Assembly: GCA_001662655.1 (NCBI GenBank)
Contig: KV460220.1
Reading direction: 5' to 3' (one strand)
Length of the DNA: 64,000 bases
Source: Pseudogymnoascus verrucosus
Lineage: Eukaryota
Below are positions 34,661-49,231 of this stretch, piece after piece. Below the pieces are notes generated by a model that was not told where the DNA came from, ran no database searches, and worked only from the letters and a program-made list of their open reading frames with translations. The translations under genes were made by a program, and so were the position numbers. Position 1 is the stretch's first letter; the number at the start of each line of letters is the position of its first letter.

Positions 34661-37387
34661 CTAATCCTTCTTCTTCGCAAGCGCTCCCCCTCCTCTCCTC
34701 TTATACTTCCTCGGATCCTTGCGGCTCATCGCGGCTTTATCTCTCGTCCCCTTTCCTCCTTCCCAAAACCCTCCTCCCCTCTTTCTCACCAGTCCTCTCC
34801 CGCAAAACCTGCAGTCTTCCTTCCGGAAGGCCTGCTCGCGACTACACCACCCACACACCATCCTCTCGGCCCGCTCATTCGGATGCTCCTCCTTCTCATC
34901 ATGGCATCTGTCGCAGGCGTAGACCTTGTTGCAGCAGCTAAACCTGAACCAACGGTAAGATTTCGCGTAGTGCGTGCAGCGGCCATTCAGTGGGAGTGCT
35001 TCGCCTGGGTGGAGGTGGAGCATGTCCCGCTTCCGCCGTGGTCCAGACGCTGGCATGGCGGCAGAGGTGATGCGCAGGAACTTCGGTGCGGTGAGCTTGA
35101 GTGTCATGGAGGCATGGCAGTGTCGACAGTTGATAGTGATTGTATTGGCTGCATGTGCCACTATTCCAGGTGCAGGGAATGGTTCAGAGCACGTTGAACA
35201 TGTCGGCAAGAAGGTACTTGGGAGCATGTCGACGGGCACACAGCCTTCGAGGTCCAGGAATCCGGCTCGGATCGCATTCGTGTGGATTAAGTCGCGGCGG
35301 AACGTGACGCCTAGAACCGTGGCACACTTCCTGCAACTTTCGGTCTTCTTGACGCCGTTCCGAAGGCCTGTGATATCGGTAGTGTCTCTGCATCGCTCAC
35401 ACTTGATTGTTAGATTTAAGACCGTTGTTTCGAGAAGCTCGATGCCATAAATCTCAAGGAAAGGAAATGATAACGCTGTCCCTCGTTCCGTCGTGTCAAG
35501 AGGTTCTAGGGTTTCTTGTTCTCCTTCGCCCTCTTCGTCCGTAGGACCACCTTCGAAGTCCTCGGAATCGTATGAGTAGTCGGAGCCATCACTTTCTTCA
35601 CTTTCCGCCTCACCTTCTATCGCCCACTCGGGAGGTCTCGGAATGTGGAAAATATGGCTCCTCTCCTCGTCCACCACACCAGCAACAACTGGTGCTTCCT
35701 CGGCTTCAACTGCCTCAACAGGCTCTGGCTCCTGAACTACAGGTTTGTCGGCAACTGGAACTTTCAGTGGCGTCTTAGCCAGAACATGCATATTCTGAGC
35801 CATGAAATTAACATGGCCCATCAGTGTTGTTTCCTTCTCTCTCTTCGCACGCTCCTCAAACGCTGCCTCTGTCGCTTTTGCATCTTCAGACTTCACGCCT
35901 TCCAACATAATACGACAATTCTGCAATGGATACAGAAGCGGCACGAACAAGACTATTGTCTTGATAGACCGAAGAGGCACTGGGAGTTCGCCTCGTTTCC
36001 GAGGCTCAATCGGCAGAGTATAGGCAATACCATCTCCTGACCTCTTGTAAAGGGGCAATCGTCCCAGTCTTGCCTCTAGCTGTCTCGTCTCCGAGTTTCT
36101 CTTGGCTTGAGCTTCCTCCTTTTGCACCTTGGAATAATACACTGGTGCGGGACGGGGAGCTTGCACCGGTTTCGGTGTTTGGACAGCTTTCCCCTTGGAG
36201 GTAGATGACACAGCTTCGTGATTTACCGCCCTCACGGGTAGGTTTTCCAGATGCCGTTTATCAGCATTGGCCACTAGCTTTATCGTCTCGGCCTTCTTCT
36301 CACTCAAGAAGGCCTCGAGGTTCTTATCCAGCGCTCCCATCAATGCTAGCAACGTCATACTTTTCGTTCTAGCCTCCACTAACCCATCAAACCCCCTTTC
36401 CACATTGATAGTAAACCCCCTAGGAATGTCACTATTCCTAATCCTGAGGCTTGGTGACTCTTCCGGATAGCCTTGTGGCACCACAAGTAAGCACGCCAGC
36501 GCGGTCATCTCAAACGGGAAATCCGGATCCGATGGCTTCAAATCAAACTCGAGAATGGTACCACCATCTTCAGATTTGCGCTCCCGGGGTTTAAAACGCC
36601 GCCTGATCTGGCCGATCTGGAACTCTCTCGGGTCTTCAGCCTGTGCCTGAGGGATTGGCTTGGTCACAACGCGAGACGAGGGGACCGGCTTCGTTATCGC
36701 CTGGGCTCGCGAAGTGGTAAGGGGCATATTGGACTGGGGGTTAGAAGAACTGTCGCTGGCCACGGAGTCAGGCCGAGCAGCTGGGGTCTTTCGGGATGCC
36801 CGCTGAGATTCATCATGTGAGAATGGGCAGGATTGACCTGCTCGGCATCCTATTTTGAGTATTAGCTTGTGATATAATAATCCGTCTCCGACTCTCCACT
36901 ATCTCTGGGTTGTGATAATGGCTACATGTAAATATAACGTGACAAGTATATTGCAAGTATCGTTTCATCCCATGAATCGATCGTCCTCGGAGAAAGCGAT
37001 GTACGAAACTCATCTGCGCTGCACTGCAGCTAAGGTGCACAACCTCATGCGAGCAATCCGAGCTGCACAGCACAGAAATCGATATCATGCGAACAACCCC
37101 GATCGCAATCGCCATCAGACGACGGCCCGCAGCCTCGTCCCTCCGATCCATCCCAACAATCGATCCTTATCACGCAACCCTCAACGCGGCCCCTTCCACC
37201 AATAACATCGGTATCAAAACCACCCCCCCAACAAAAAGCAATCAAGCACACTAAGCCACACCCAAAGTAAAAAAGAGTAATACGTACCCGCAACGGTCCC
37301 ATAGAACCTACACGCCTTCCCACGTTTCCTATCCAAGCCAGCCGGAAACGCACCCTGGGCCCCGGCCACGATGCCACCAGCAGCCAT
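34661..37387 (-). CDS. CCCH zinc finger + RWD/UBC-like + CxxC region + C-terminal CHY zinc-finger protein, ~762 aa
   Basis: Exon 37387-37288 (..RKRGKACRFYGTVAG) plus intron 37287-36850 plus exon 36849-34661 (CRAGQSCPFSHD..) completes a C-x8-C-x5-C-x3-H finger. PSDPDFPFE..L.VP.GYP is RWD-like. CTHYAKSYRWFRFSCCNKVYACDRCHD..CGWC..CRFC is the CHY finger. The start may extend to ATG 37631 via a further intron. Confidence 0.82.
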
Positions 37388-39850
37388 ACTCACATCTGCC
37401 AACGCATCAGCGAGGTCAAGTGACCACCACACACTTCTCTGATCAACTATGCACCGCGCGCGGTGCGTCAATGCGAGTCACCTTTGTCCTCGAGGCGGTG
37501 AGGATCAACGCCAAGCGTGGATTGGGGGAGGGAAAATGGGAGCGGAGCTGCTGACCTGAAGAAGTGAGGGCGCTTGCGGACGCGGTAGGGCTGGGCGTGG
37601 GTGGTGAAGTGGGTGAAGTGACTATGGCCATTGTTGTGGGGGGTTGGGGGGGTGGTGTGTGTGTCGCGTTAGGTTTCGTTTCGTAAGGCGAGTGGTGGTG
37701 AGTGGTGACGGGGGTGAGGGGTTGTGCAGTGCAGCCAATATGAACACACACAAAGTTAAGTCCCAGTACCGGAAGCGCCGGTGAGAGTCTAGGCTGTTGC
37801 TGGGAAGTGACACTTGATTTTGGTGTTGTCGTTTCCCTGTTTGCCGGAGTTGATGGTTTGCGGGAACTCCTGGTAACGGCAGATACGAGCTGAGCTGTGC
37901 TTCGCTGATTCCCGTTGCTGACGAGTTCTTTGTTTATATCATACGTTCAGCTTCGATCGACAGCTTATTATTAATTAACTGAAGCGGCGAAAAATAGATA
38001 ATACTCGCACTCGTTTTCCTTGTGATCCATTATGAGCCATCATTGATAGTATGCGCAGTGTTGACTCATGGTTATTGCTGCCCCGCGGCTGAGTCACCAG
38101 CCAGCGATAAAATAGATACTTGGGCGATATGCAACTTTCTAAACTGCGCCTCTGCGATTGCCACGCGCAAGACTACTGCTAAGAGAAAATGCACACAAAC
38201 AAAAATAAACCAGACAGATACTAATTAAAAATATTCAGCTATTTATGAATTAATTAATTAATTAACTTAACGATAATCTTAATCAATTAAATTAACTATT
38301 AAATGCGGACAGGTAAAACAATTATCGGCAGATCCCCTTTGCCACCCTATATCGTCCCCCAGATAACACGCATAAACGCATAAAGCCACACCGCCGGATG
38401 ACCTCATCAAGTTTTCACTCGCTCCCCCTCCCCGCCGCGGGGTCACCTAGGACCGGAGATGTCTCCGTATGTCCGTGGCGAGAAGCAAATACCCAATCCT
38501 ATGGTTGGACGATAGTTCCCCCAGGTTCAAGATTGACTCAGGTAGAAAAGGGAGGAGATCAAGAGATCAAGAAATCCCAACCGTGTGTCACATCTATTCC
38601 CCGTTTCTGTCTCGAGTACCAGCGAGGTACAGCAAAGTACTCAAAGCTTAACCTTATGAGCGACGAAAGCATCTGTCAACACACACCCGCCTTTGTCGTC
38701 ATCGCCACACATACCAGCACGCTATGAGCTCAAATCCCGAGTCAGTCGCTCTTCTACGGCAATTGAAATGATAGAGAGGCCGGATTGATTACAATTCAAA
38801 AAGATTCTGTTGGTGGGCTTACCGGTCACATATCCCATCAATGATACATCCCTACCACGGCGCGCTTGGATATCAATAAGTTTTGAAAGGCGCATAATAA
38901 TGGTGTCAGACGAGTCAGTCAGCGCCAGCGCCGTACTCCTCACTCAGAGAAGTCTCCCATATTATCAAAAACAGGGCGAATCGGGAGAGAGCTCCAACTC
39001 CCCCGGATGGGCCCAAGTCCGGGGCTAAGACACATCCGCCGTGCAGGGACGGCGAAGGTCGTGTCCGAGACACATTGAGACAAGACGAAAAAGTCGCCAC
39101 CGCACCGAGCTGTCACCCATCGCCCCAGCGACCTGTCTGTTCCCTACCCCGCCATCAGCTGATCCTCCAACGCCCAGGCCCACCTTCGTCGCTTCCCGCC
39201 TCCGAGACACCGCGGCTATCACCCATGTCTCGCGCCGCCACGTCGTCCCATGACGTGGTGGAATGTCAGACAATAACAAAGGACCCAGACGCGCGCGATG
39301 CGTCGCAAGTCTGAGGCGCGTTGGATCAACTGTCCAGATTCATCCCATGGGCCGAAGCGCATATCAGATCTCGTTGGCGGGAAAGTTAATAGTTGTGATG
39401 TGATACATGGATGTCTCCCCCGCAACGGAGGCTCCCGTAAGGGGAGAGACACGCATATCGATGAGGCACGAGACGATCGCACGTGGGGTGATGTTGGTTC
39501 AGTGGTGTACGCAGGAACGCTGTGCAGCCGTCCCGCAAGCTGGCATGTTGCGTTGGTTTCTAGGGGAGGTTGGGGGATGCCGTTATGCACATGACTCCTT
39601 TGGATTCGCGTTGGAGACGCGTCCTCGATGTTGACGCTGAGACAAAGTCTGGATGTAAACAAACGATCTCATCTGCATAGCATTTGGATGCGTGTCTTGC
39701 GCCTCATCCTTGCACAGCTGTGGCCAGGTCTAGACTTGCCAGATGGCCTGACCTTCCAACGTCATTCCTATTTTCCAAGTCAGTCCAACAACTTCGCCAA
39801 GAGTATTGGTTTTGAGCGTGGAAACTTCGAGTTTATTTAACGGTAAATGT

Positions 39851-39885
39851 ATGATATTAACCATGATATTAACCATGATATTAAC
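39851..39885. repeat. 12-bp tandem repeat (ATGATATTAACC) x3
   Basis: atgatattaaccatgatattaaccatgatattaac seen directly. Confidence 0.85.
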
Positions 39886-42800
39886 GTTGGCCAATTGATC
39901 GAGGTATTTTGATACTCCCGGGTATAGTTTCCATAAACCGAGTAATGTTTACTGAAAGGCCACATGGTCTTTCAGAGAGGCAGTATATATAAGCTATCAC
40001 ATTCAAGAGGCGTGTTACGCGTCTGCGGCTTGTGAGCCTGTATAATCTATAGGTCAATATTTGCCCTGAAAACAATTCCAGATGCCATATTGCAAATAAC
40101 TCTCTGGAATTATGTCCACAGGAGGAAGTGCTCATAGCAGTTCGATAGAATTAAACCCACCACCCATAACTCCTCCCCAATGCCACTCTCCCTCCTCCCA
40201 TCACTGCAGAAACCACCGTCCTCCACCTCCAAAACCACCAGATATCTCCTCCCATTCAGCCTATATAATAACCCACTCCACAATTAGCCCATCGGTCCCA
40301 ACATCGCGCCAAGCATCTCAGATTGAGTTTCCGATCGATGCACCCACCGATATTGATGGTCTGAGCGTCGGTGTCTGATTGGTCAATTGGCGCTAAGGCT
40401 GGGATCCCCTCTTTTTCTGCCATGTTCGGTGCGACATACGTCCCTGGGGGTATGCGCGTGCACGGTTCGTTGGATGGTTCGCACTGCTCCTGCGATGAGA
40501 TGAGGGTTAGGGATGACAGCGAGCCTGCGACATGGTGAGATACGTAATGCAAGGGCCTGAATGTCGAGATGCTTGTGGTGTTTCTTGGATGCAGGTGGGA
40601 GTTAAGGCTGAGAAGTTTGTTTGCACAGGGACAGCTGTAGACCTGAGCTGTGGAGATTGTGATATAACAGCCAGCATATTACAATTGACCATTATTTTTG
40701 AAAGAGTCGTCTCAGCGGAGCTCAAGGATCGTTATCACGTTCTACACAAGCCAAACTCAAGGCATGAATTTCTTGGTCCCCAGCCGAGGCGTATGTAAGA
40801 AGTATGCTTGCAGATCTCAGATCCTTACGGAGAACTACGCACCGCCATTCAATTAGCATCGACGAAGCACAGTATCCTCGAGCGTAGCATTGTGGGAGGT
40901 ATATATGTGAAACTCGACCCCCACCAGTCCGTCTATCCGCCAGTCGCCCTACTACGAGCTTTTGTGCCTGGCTCCGATCGACTACACGCCAGGGACCTCG
41001 TCGTCATATGGCCGTATAATTACTAACCCGAGGTTGTGGAACGTCCCTATAAGCCCGTGATAGTGGCCGGAGGAATGGTCGTTCTCAATAGTGGCACCTC
41101 AATAGTGGCACCATCGGAAGCTGAAATCCGTGATAGACGGCCCATAGGGAATGGTCCACAATGCACGCTTACTCGCCCTATGCGCATCAAAGAATAAGCA
41201 ACAATTCAACTTCCTCACAAAGAAGATCGACCAGATTGCATTATCGTCACTAGGCAATCCTAGCTGCACCGTCTTTTCTATAGCCAACAGCCTTGAAGAT
41301 ATATCCCATTCGCGCATTGTGAGAGCGGTGTGCGAGTTGAGTTACCTCTTCCGGCGACGGTTGGCACAACTCGGGCGGGAGCGGGACGAAAAGTAAGGGA
41401 ATTTGTATCCTTTAGCGTCTACATCCCTAAATACCACCGTTATCCCTGATCACATCGGAATAGGAAGGAGGAGTAAGTCCAAAAAAATTCCATCATCTTG
41501 TGACAACCTTAAAGCCGCCAACACAAGCTTCTCGGCATTGAACTCCCATAGCATCCTCACTCCCCATCAGGAATCTGCAAACACTCCTCAAATCCCCAAA
41601 TCCCCTATGCACCCGAAACCAACAAACCCTCAACACGCAGTCACGCGGCCGACCGAAACCATCCCAAAAGCACCATGACATCAACCCGCCCCCCCGAAAA
41701 CATCATTGAACCCTTTCTTTCATTCCCAACCCCACATCCTCCTCCCAACCCCACATACAACCACACATCGCGGCTAACCCCACACAAACACACTCCCCAT
41801 GACGTCCCCCAATCCCTCAATCTCACATGTGACCCCCCCAGAAGCGTCGCGGCCACCAACGCCCCAGGACCCTTCGCGCATCACACTCCTGAAACAATCC
41901 GCAACCGTCCACCATTGCCACTGCCACCCTCCACCTACCCGCCGCTGCACCCCAGATCCCACCACACCCACCAGTACAGCAGTACAGTACAGTACACAAC
42001 CAGTCCAGGAAGCTCACCCCGGAAACAATCCGTCGCGTGGTCTTCCTCAACGGCCCTGCCTGCTGGATCTCAACCCCTCAACGCCACGCACGCCCTCCCT
42101 CAAAGACCGCGGCTCCAACTCGGTCCTTCCCCTCCCAAGCGCCGAGGACACACCGCGCGCTCACCGCCACAGCGCGGCGCGCAGCCACCTCGGTCGCTGA
42201 AAAAGGACCGGATGAGTGCTGACTGCGTGCGCGCTGAGGGACTGGAGGGCGGGTACCGCAGTACCGCCGATTATGGGGAAAACAAAAGAAAGGAGGGCCA
42301 CCCACTTCCCGGTGGGAAGGCACGTGTTTTTGCCCCATCCTTTCCTTCCTTCCTTGCTTCCTGCTTTCCCCTCACCACCTTTTCTCCAATTCGTGTGGTC
42401 CAATGGTATTTTCCCCAATTACTGCTTACAGTAAGTAGCTTACCTGTATTTACGGAGGAGAGATGTTAAACCCCTCACCCATAAGCAGCACTCGCACATG
42501 AATCCCCGAACAAACGCCACAACGTCCCCAAGCGCCACAGACCCAAACAACGCCGAGAAATCCCGACCCCCCACAAAGGGCAATTCGCCGGTGCGCGCCC
42601 GGTACGAGGACAAAGCCAGGGAAGGCATCGTGGTCTCTCCCTCTCTCGGTACCGCATAGCCCGAAGCTATGCCGAGGGGAAAGGCGGACGTCGTGGGGAA
42701 GTGAGGGACCGAGCACACCGGATTTCTTCCGGTGGGGAGCTAACGGCTCTCTCTCGCCCTGTAAGTAAACTGCTGAAGTTTGGTAAAGGGCAAGGTAAAG

Positions 42801-44918
42801 CGGGAATAAGATGAGCCACGCAATCGCATGCGATGACCTCGCCCGCTCGCTCGCAAGGTACGGGAAAAAGATGAGCCACGGCATGACTCCGCGGAGAATT
42901 AACAGCTACCATATTATCATTTTCCCTTCCCTTCCCTTCCATTCACTCACCCCCGGTCTACGCCTATAGTTGACAGTACACCTCCCCCATCCCGCTCCCT
43001 CCACCATCCATCCATCCATCCATCCACGGACCGAGAACGAGAACGAGAACGGTAACGAGGACGAACAAAGGTGAAAAAAACCATCGGAAATGGACAAGAT
43101 TTACAACGAACAGTGCGCGTGCTCAACCCGTCCCCAAAACTTCCAGGCGGGATAGGACGGAGAAACTCCACCCATCCCCATCTCCCCATCTACCATCCCA
43201 TCCCCAGGCCGTGTCTCATCTCACTCCCTTCCCCAGATTCTGGTTCCGGATACCACATCACTCTCACGGCGCTAGTTTCACACCTCGCTCGCCCATCACT
43301 CCGCGATATTCCCATCCGTCCGCCGCATCAATCAATCTCTCAACCCAGGCCTGCCCCTACCTCTCCCTACCTTCCCCCCTAACTTCCCCCGCAAATCCGG
43401 GGCAGAGGGCAGAGAGCAGATCCGGGGAAAGCAACCACCTCCCACCGCACAGTTCCCCCCCTTCTCTTCCCTTCCCTCCCTCGCTCAGGCGCAGACCCCA
43501 AATCCCTCAATCACGTGATCGTATCCCGTCCCAAACGACGCAAAGTCCCACAAGGACCCTAACAATTCCCGAGAAATGCGCGTGTGTTCGGCTTTCGCGT
43601 CTTTGTCGTGTCGTGTCAGTGTCGTGTTACCCACACCAAACATGCAACATACAACATACATACAACCAACAGCGCGCGTGCGTGCGCGTATGTGTGGAGA
43701 CGAGACCGGGAGAGGGGGAATGGGTGATGGGGAGATGTCAGTGTCAGTGAGGGACGGCTCAGGCTCCGTTGTCGCACGCACGGCACCGGGGGATACGTAG
43801 TATTGTATTGTACATTGTACTGTAAGCACGTAACAACCCAACGAAAACGCGGTAATAGTCACAATCACATCACAAATTTTCTCGCACACACAAAATACAA
43901 GGGTCACGAAAATCAATAGGGTGTGAATAAACGGTGTAGTATCATGAGATTAATTCTTTAATTTCTTCTTCCGTAGCTACTTGCGAGAGAAGGGAAGAAG
44001 GGCATCTACATGTCTCCTCTCCTCTACCTCGGCACCTTGCGTGTATGTAGAGTAAAAAAAATAAGGCTCCTGTTTGACCCCTCTCTAGAGTATCACGTCC
44101 CCCACCACCACCACCAACCAACCACCCCCTTGCTTCTGATATCTGTGCTCTCAGCAGCAGCAGTATTCGCCTCGCTCCACCGTGGTATCAAAAAAGCTTC
44201 CAAAAAATAAAAAATAAAAAGGTCATTCAGCAACAAACATCCCCGTGGTCTAGTAACCACGACGTCCTGTACACCACCCCTCCTCTTCCCTCCGCGTAAA
44301 CAATAAACGCCATGAGACCGGCTATGCATCCCGCCCGACCCCTGTTGTTGAGTATAAAAAAAGAGCAAAAATAATAAAAAAGCAATGCAATGCACCAAGC
44401 CATGCGATGCAATGGCGGGCAGCCCGCGATGATAAAAATATGATGAAGCTAAAAGGTAAGATAGCAAAATCATCATGTAATAAACCCCTTCCCGTCTCGA
44501 AAAGCCAGGGAAACTCCCGAACAATGCCGCCGTTAAAACTCGCATTTTCGCTGTCACTTTTGAATGGTCGTGGTATCTTTGCTTAGACTTGAATTGTGTG
44601 CGACGCACCCCTTTCCTCCTTTCCCACTTGGTCCTGCGACCCCGTCTGTATTTGGTAGAGTAGTAAACAGGCCATCTCGCGCCGGTGCTGTTCGTGTGCA
44701 GCGCGCGGTCGGAGAGGCGGATAAGTATATTCGTAATAGCTGTGGGAGAGATGGTCCCCAAAAAGCGCATGAATGTGTGTGGCTGTGGAGCCTGGTCTTC
44801 TTTCTCCCCGATTATGTTGGTACGTGTTTGTAGTGTATGCTGTGAAGCGCCCCCATCGTCGCTTTGGTGGGCCGAGGCATAATATTATGCGACTGATGAG
44901 AGCGCGCGAGGTATGTGT

Positions 44919-46756
44919 CTACCACCCCTTGGAGTGATATTCACCAAGACCCTGGCCGAAGTACTGGTTCCAGCTGCCATGGTCACCCTTGTCTTCCGTC
45001 CCCAGGTGCACCTTGTCGGGGTACTGTTTAAGGTTCGCGACGTCATGCGCCGTGTGCCTGCGCTTCAGGACAGCCGAGGCAGTCTGATTCTTTTGCTTGC
45101 GCTCCCAGAGGAGGTGGCGACGGAGACTGGCTGTGAGCTCGGTGGCGAGCATCTGGCGGCGGGTGGTCTTGGGTGACAGGGCGGCTTGGTGAGGAGTGAC
45201 ATTGGTGGTGGTCATGATTATTGGCTGGGCACCAGTGCGAGGAACCTCTTGGCCAGGACGCATGCGGCTCTTCATTGTCAAAGGCGCGCTGTCGTCGGAC
45301 TCGGGAGATGGCGCATCGGATGGTCCTTGTGGCGTAGAGGTGCGGGAGCGTTGTAATGCCGAAGTAGACTTTGATGCTGCGCTCTGGAGTGCGGCAGCAC
45401 GATCATTCTGGTGAAGCATGGTGGTGATGAGAGATCGGCGAGATGTCAAGTTGCGTCGGGATTCAACACGAGGGAAGGAAAGCTTGTCGTCAATGCTTGA
45501 CTTTCCACTCTCCTCCATCGAGTCTTCCCAATCCGAAGATTCATCGTCATCGATCGCGCTCTCATCAATGTCATCGTCGGTCTCGAAAACATCGTCGCTC
45601 ATCTCCTCGATTGTGCGAGTGGCGACCTCTTCCTTGAAGGAAGTCTGCTTCTTCTGCTCTGGCCTCCTGAGTGCGTCGCTGAGTGAACTTCGGTGCGAAT
45701 TCTTTTGCATGCTATCGCGTAATGAGTTCTCGTCCTCCGCTGACGATCCACCGAGCTGGAACATGTTAGAGCGCGCCTTGTTCTTCTTCGACTGTTGCAT
45801 CCGGCTCTCTAATGAGCTCTCCTGGAACGAGTCGTTGTCAGATTGTGATGAGCCACCGAGTGCGAACATTGCATGCTTCTTCGGTGCTGTCAACCTCGTA
45901 TTTGAGGCTAGCGCTGACTTCGGTAGGGATGCGGGTGTGGTGATTAAAGGTATTGAGCGATATGACGAGGAGATCTGTGATGGTGAGAATCCACGGACGA
46001 CGCTAGTGGCACTGCGTTCCGAGGTTGCTGATGTTGTGTCGGTGGTGGTTGACTCAACCGACTTCTGTGGCGAAGATGGCGCTGGTGATGCCTTCTCTGG
46101 CTCGGGTGCGGAGATGATGGGAGTGGCGGTGTTGCTGAGTTTTGGGGAGGTGATTTGTGGCGAGGTGATCTTGTTCGCGAGTGGCGCGAGATATGAGTGA
46201 GTGCTCATGGTTAATGGCTCGAGGTCCTTCTTCTCCTTGATGGTGATGACCATCTTCTCCAAGTCGTCTGGAGTAATGTGTCTCTCCTTGCCTCGGCTGC
46301 GGTTGCAACCCGAGTCCTGCCTCCGTACACGGGGCCTCGTAATGGCAAGAGGTGCTGATGTGGATGCGCTCTCCTCGTTATCGGATTCAATGGCCTCCTC
46401 GTCGATCGAGTCGATGCTGCCAGACAGATCTGGGATGTCGGCAGTGTAGCGACCCTCTGAACTCCGTTGCGATATCGAGATGGCGGGCGTAGTTGCGTTC
46501 GCTTCTCCTGGAGCACAGCAGAAGGTCTCTCTATTCCATAACCTCCAGCTGAGGTTTTCCAAGCGACGTCCCTCCTCGATTGAGCCCGAGCACCGGGAGA
46601 ACAGGGTCCATATACTGAAGAGGTTTTCGACCTGCAGAAGAGAGATTAGTAGAGTCCAGTTGGAGATCGCAGCGAGCGTGTACTCACGTTTCTGGTGTCG
46701 ATTCGGTGTATTGTGTTGGCGTCGACGGTCAAGACCGGCGTTTCTAAGGAAGGCAT
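44919..46756 (-). CDS. DUF1752 + DUF3295 protein (Mks1-like signalling regulator), 2 exons, ~593 aa
   Basis: Exon 1 46756-46688 (MPSLETPVLTVDANTIHRIDTRN), intron 46687-46632, then GRRLENLSWRLWNRE (DUF1752). C-terminal ESAIDDD..SDWEDS, LSPKTTRRQMLATELTASLRRHLLWERKQK and YHSKGW (DUF3295). Confidence 0.88.
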
Positions 46757-49193
46757 GACTGCTCGATTGTCGAGCGGACTCGTAAGTGAAGGCACAACTG
46801 AGTGTGGAACCGCGAGCTAAATCGCGGTGCTGGGGGATAGATGTAGTTGTCTCGTTCGGAAGGAGCGAGGGGCGAATATGGTTATGAGTTCCTGCTTAGT
46901 TCGGTGGAAGCGTCTGGTGCTTCGGAGTGCATCGAAGAATGTTGCTCTAGACCGTGGCTGCTGCAGTTATAAGACTATCGAGGTGGGCTGTGCTTGTCGA
47001 ACGATTCTGCGGAGTGCGAAAATTCGAGAGTAGGAATTCGAAGTGGTAGAGTAAAGTATTCTGGTAGTTGTAGATAGTTGAATCGGATCTTCTGGAGAGG
47101 TTGAGAGCGGAGAGTGTTGTGTTGTTGTTCGGTGGAAGGAGTGACGGTGAAGAGTTGGTGGGTGAGGTATGTTCTTTGAAGCATGTGTTGTTGGGTGATG
47201 GGTGATGAGGCAAGGGCAGGGTAATGTATGTACACCTACTTGTCAATGGGTCTGGGTCTGGACGCTAGTCACTTTCGGTTTTTGTTAGGTTTTCTGGGTA
47301 GATGGGAGGTATTGGAGAGTAGCGGAAGTAGTGGCTTAACAAGACGCTAAGGAAAGTGACTTTCCTACATTGGGTAGTTTTTTCTTGGGTGGGAAGTGGG
47401 TGGGAGTTGGGGAATTTTGGCTGGTGGAGGGTGGTGGATACCGAGGACGGCGAAACACACGGAACTACTTTTTCAGTACGAAGATGCGGAGACATATTAC
47501 ATACACACCGCACAATAAGACGACGTATACTCTGCGTATAGTCTGCGTATAGTATGCGTATATTCTACGTACAGTCTGATGCCCATGAGACCTACGGCAG
47601 GGATATAAAGTCTGGGATGGGAAGAGAGACAGAGAATGGGGGAATCGTGAAGGCGTGGAGGGGAGAGAGATAGAGTGAGAGGGGTGGGAAGAGACGTTGT
47701 ATGTTATGGTATGGTATAGTATAGTATGGACAAAGAGAAGCATGGCAATATGGGGGGCGGTGGGCAAAGAAGAAAGGGCCGACGACTATGGGGAAGCCGG
47801 GAGTCATTCGGGGCGATAAACTCCTATAAAAGAGTCAGCCAAGCCAATCCCATTGAGGAAATTAGTCACCTTAGTCAACTAGCGTGGTACTTGACGGAAA
47901 CCGTCACAAACCGCCCGGGAACGAGGGCTTTGTATGTACATAGAGTACGTACACATTAACATATGGCAATTGGCGGGTTGTGCATTCGCGCGGTTTGCCG
48001 AGAGTGTGGGAAAATAATAGTCAGAGAAAGAGAAGGACACTTGCCTCTTTAGGAAATCATGCGCTAGTCATTCTTACTTACCCTTTTAGGTATGGTGTCG
48101 AAGATGGGGGGGGGGAAAGACGGAGAGGAGACCGAGAAAGACAGACACAGAAGAAGACACAGACACACGCAAAAGACACAGAGAATAGCCTGAATTGCCC
48201 CACATCCAATCCAGCTAGCGTGTTTATTTTAGCGTTCAACCCTTCGTTTTTCTTTCTTCTTCTTCGTAACAGACATACAGACACACAGACGGAGGAAAGA
48301 GTACGCGGGTACGCGGGTACATTTAACATTCTTCCTTCTTCCGGCAGTGGGAGCGGGATGAGGGGATTGGGGGGGGATTGGAGGGATTGGAGATTTGGTA
48401 AAAAAGAGGGCAAGGAGGGAAGGAGGAGAAATAGGGCACATCACCTGAGCTACAAGAGAAAGAGAGAAAACAGCAGTCCAGTTGGTACATTACACACCGT
48501 GCTCTCGGTACAACCCCCAGTACCTACTGTAACACGCTGAGTCCCCCTCATCACCTAGGTTCCCCCACCACTCCAACCCAAGTACCCGGCGGTGTCCCTC
48601 CTGCCTCGGCGCCCAAACGTTCTCGTCGCAGTAGCAGTCAGTTGTTGTCTGTGGTGAGTGAGGGTGAGTGCACGCACGCACTGGGTACTGGCTCACTGGC
48701 TGGTGTGTGTTCCCTTCCGTCCGTTGTCTTCTCTCCCCGCCCCGTCGCCTGGTAACGGACGGACGGTGGGAAGGGCAGGTGACTTTTTCTGACAGCGTAT
48801 AGTAAAGTAAGTAAGTACGCTATAGGCTTGCCGTCTGATCTCAGATCGCGGCAATGCGCGCACCAAACGCAGTCGACAGACGCTTTAATCCTGCTATGCC
48901 ATGATTCGGATGAGACGTTGCGCCTGTCATACTACGCGACCGTCCAGCCCTCTCTCTCTCTCTCCGCATCCATCCAGTGCAGTAACACTCCCTACGGTAC
49001 ATCCTGAAAATCCTCCTTATCACCTTCTCTTCCCCTCCCTCCCCCTCCCATCTCCACCACGGGTCTACATTTTCGGAGTAGCAGCGAGGTGGGTGGAGGT
49101 GAACGTGGCAGTGGACAACCTACCAGCCCAAAAAAAGGCCTCAGTGGGGAATCCCCAAAAAAGCAAAAAAACAAAAAAACGCGTACCCGGAAC

Positions 49194-49231
49194 CACTCCG
49201 ACCACTCTAACCACTCTAACCACTCTAACCC
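49194..49231. repeat. 9-bp tandem repeat (ACCACTCTA-like) x4
   Basis: cactccgaccactctaaccactctaaccactctaacc seen directly. Confidence 0.8.

Noticed and set aside
9990..37387. Apparent cluster of ubiquitin-related genes (F-box, HECT, 2EXR, RWD/CHY)
   Set aside because: The genes are interspersed with unrelated housekeeping genes and these families are abundant, so there is no evidence of a functional cluster.
40504..40512. GGGTTAGGG as a telomerase RNA template or interstitial telomere repeat
   Set aside because: Only 1.5 repeats, with no recognisable pseudoknot or CR4/5 context. It also reads as a CTAAC branch-like site and is expected by chance.
40256..40725. Possible small spliced gene on the minus strand
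   Set aside because: Weak donor (GTATCT), and the joined peptide is short with no recognisable motifs.
41675..44770. ORFs 41675-42469, 43211-43750 and 44093-44770
   Set aside because: Low-complexity translations of C-rich or T-rich intergenic tracts, with no domains or coding-like composition.
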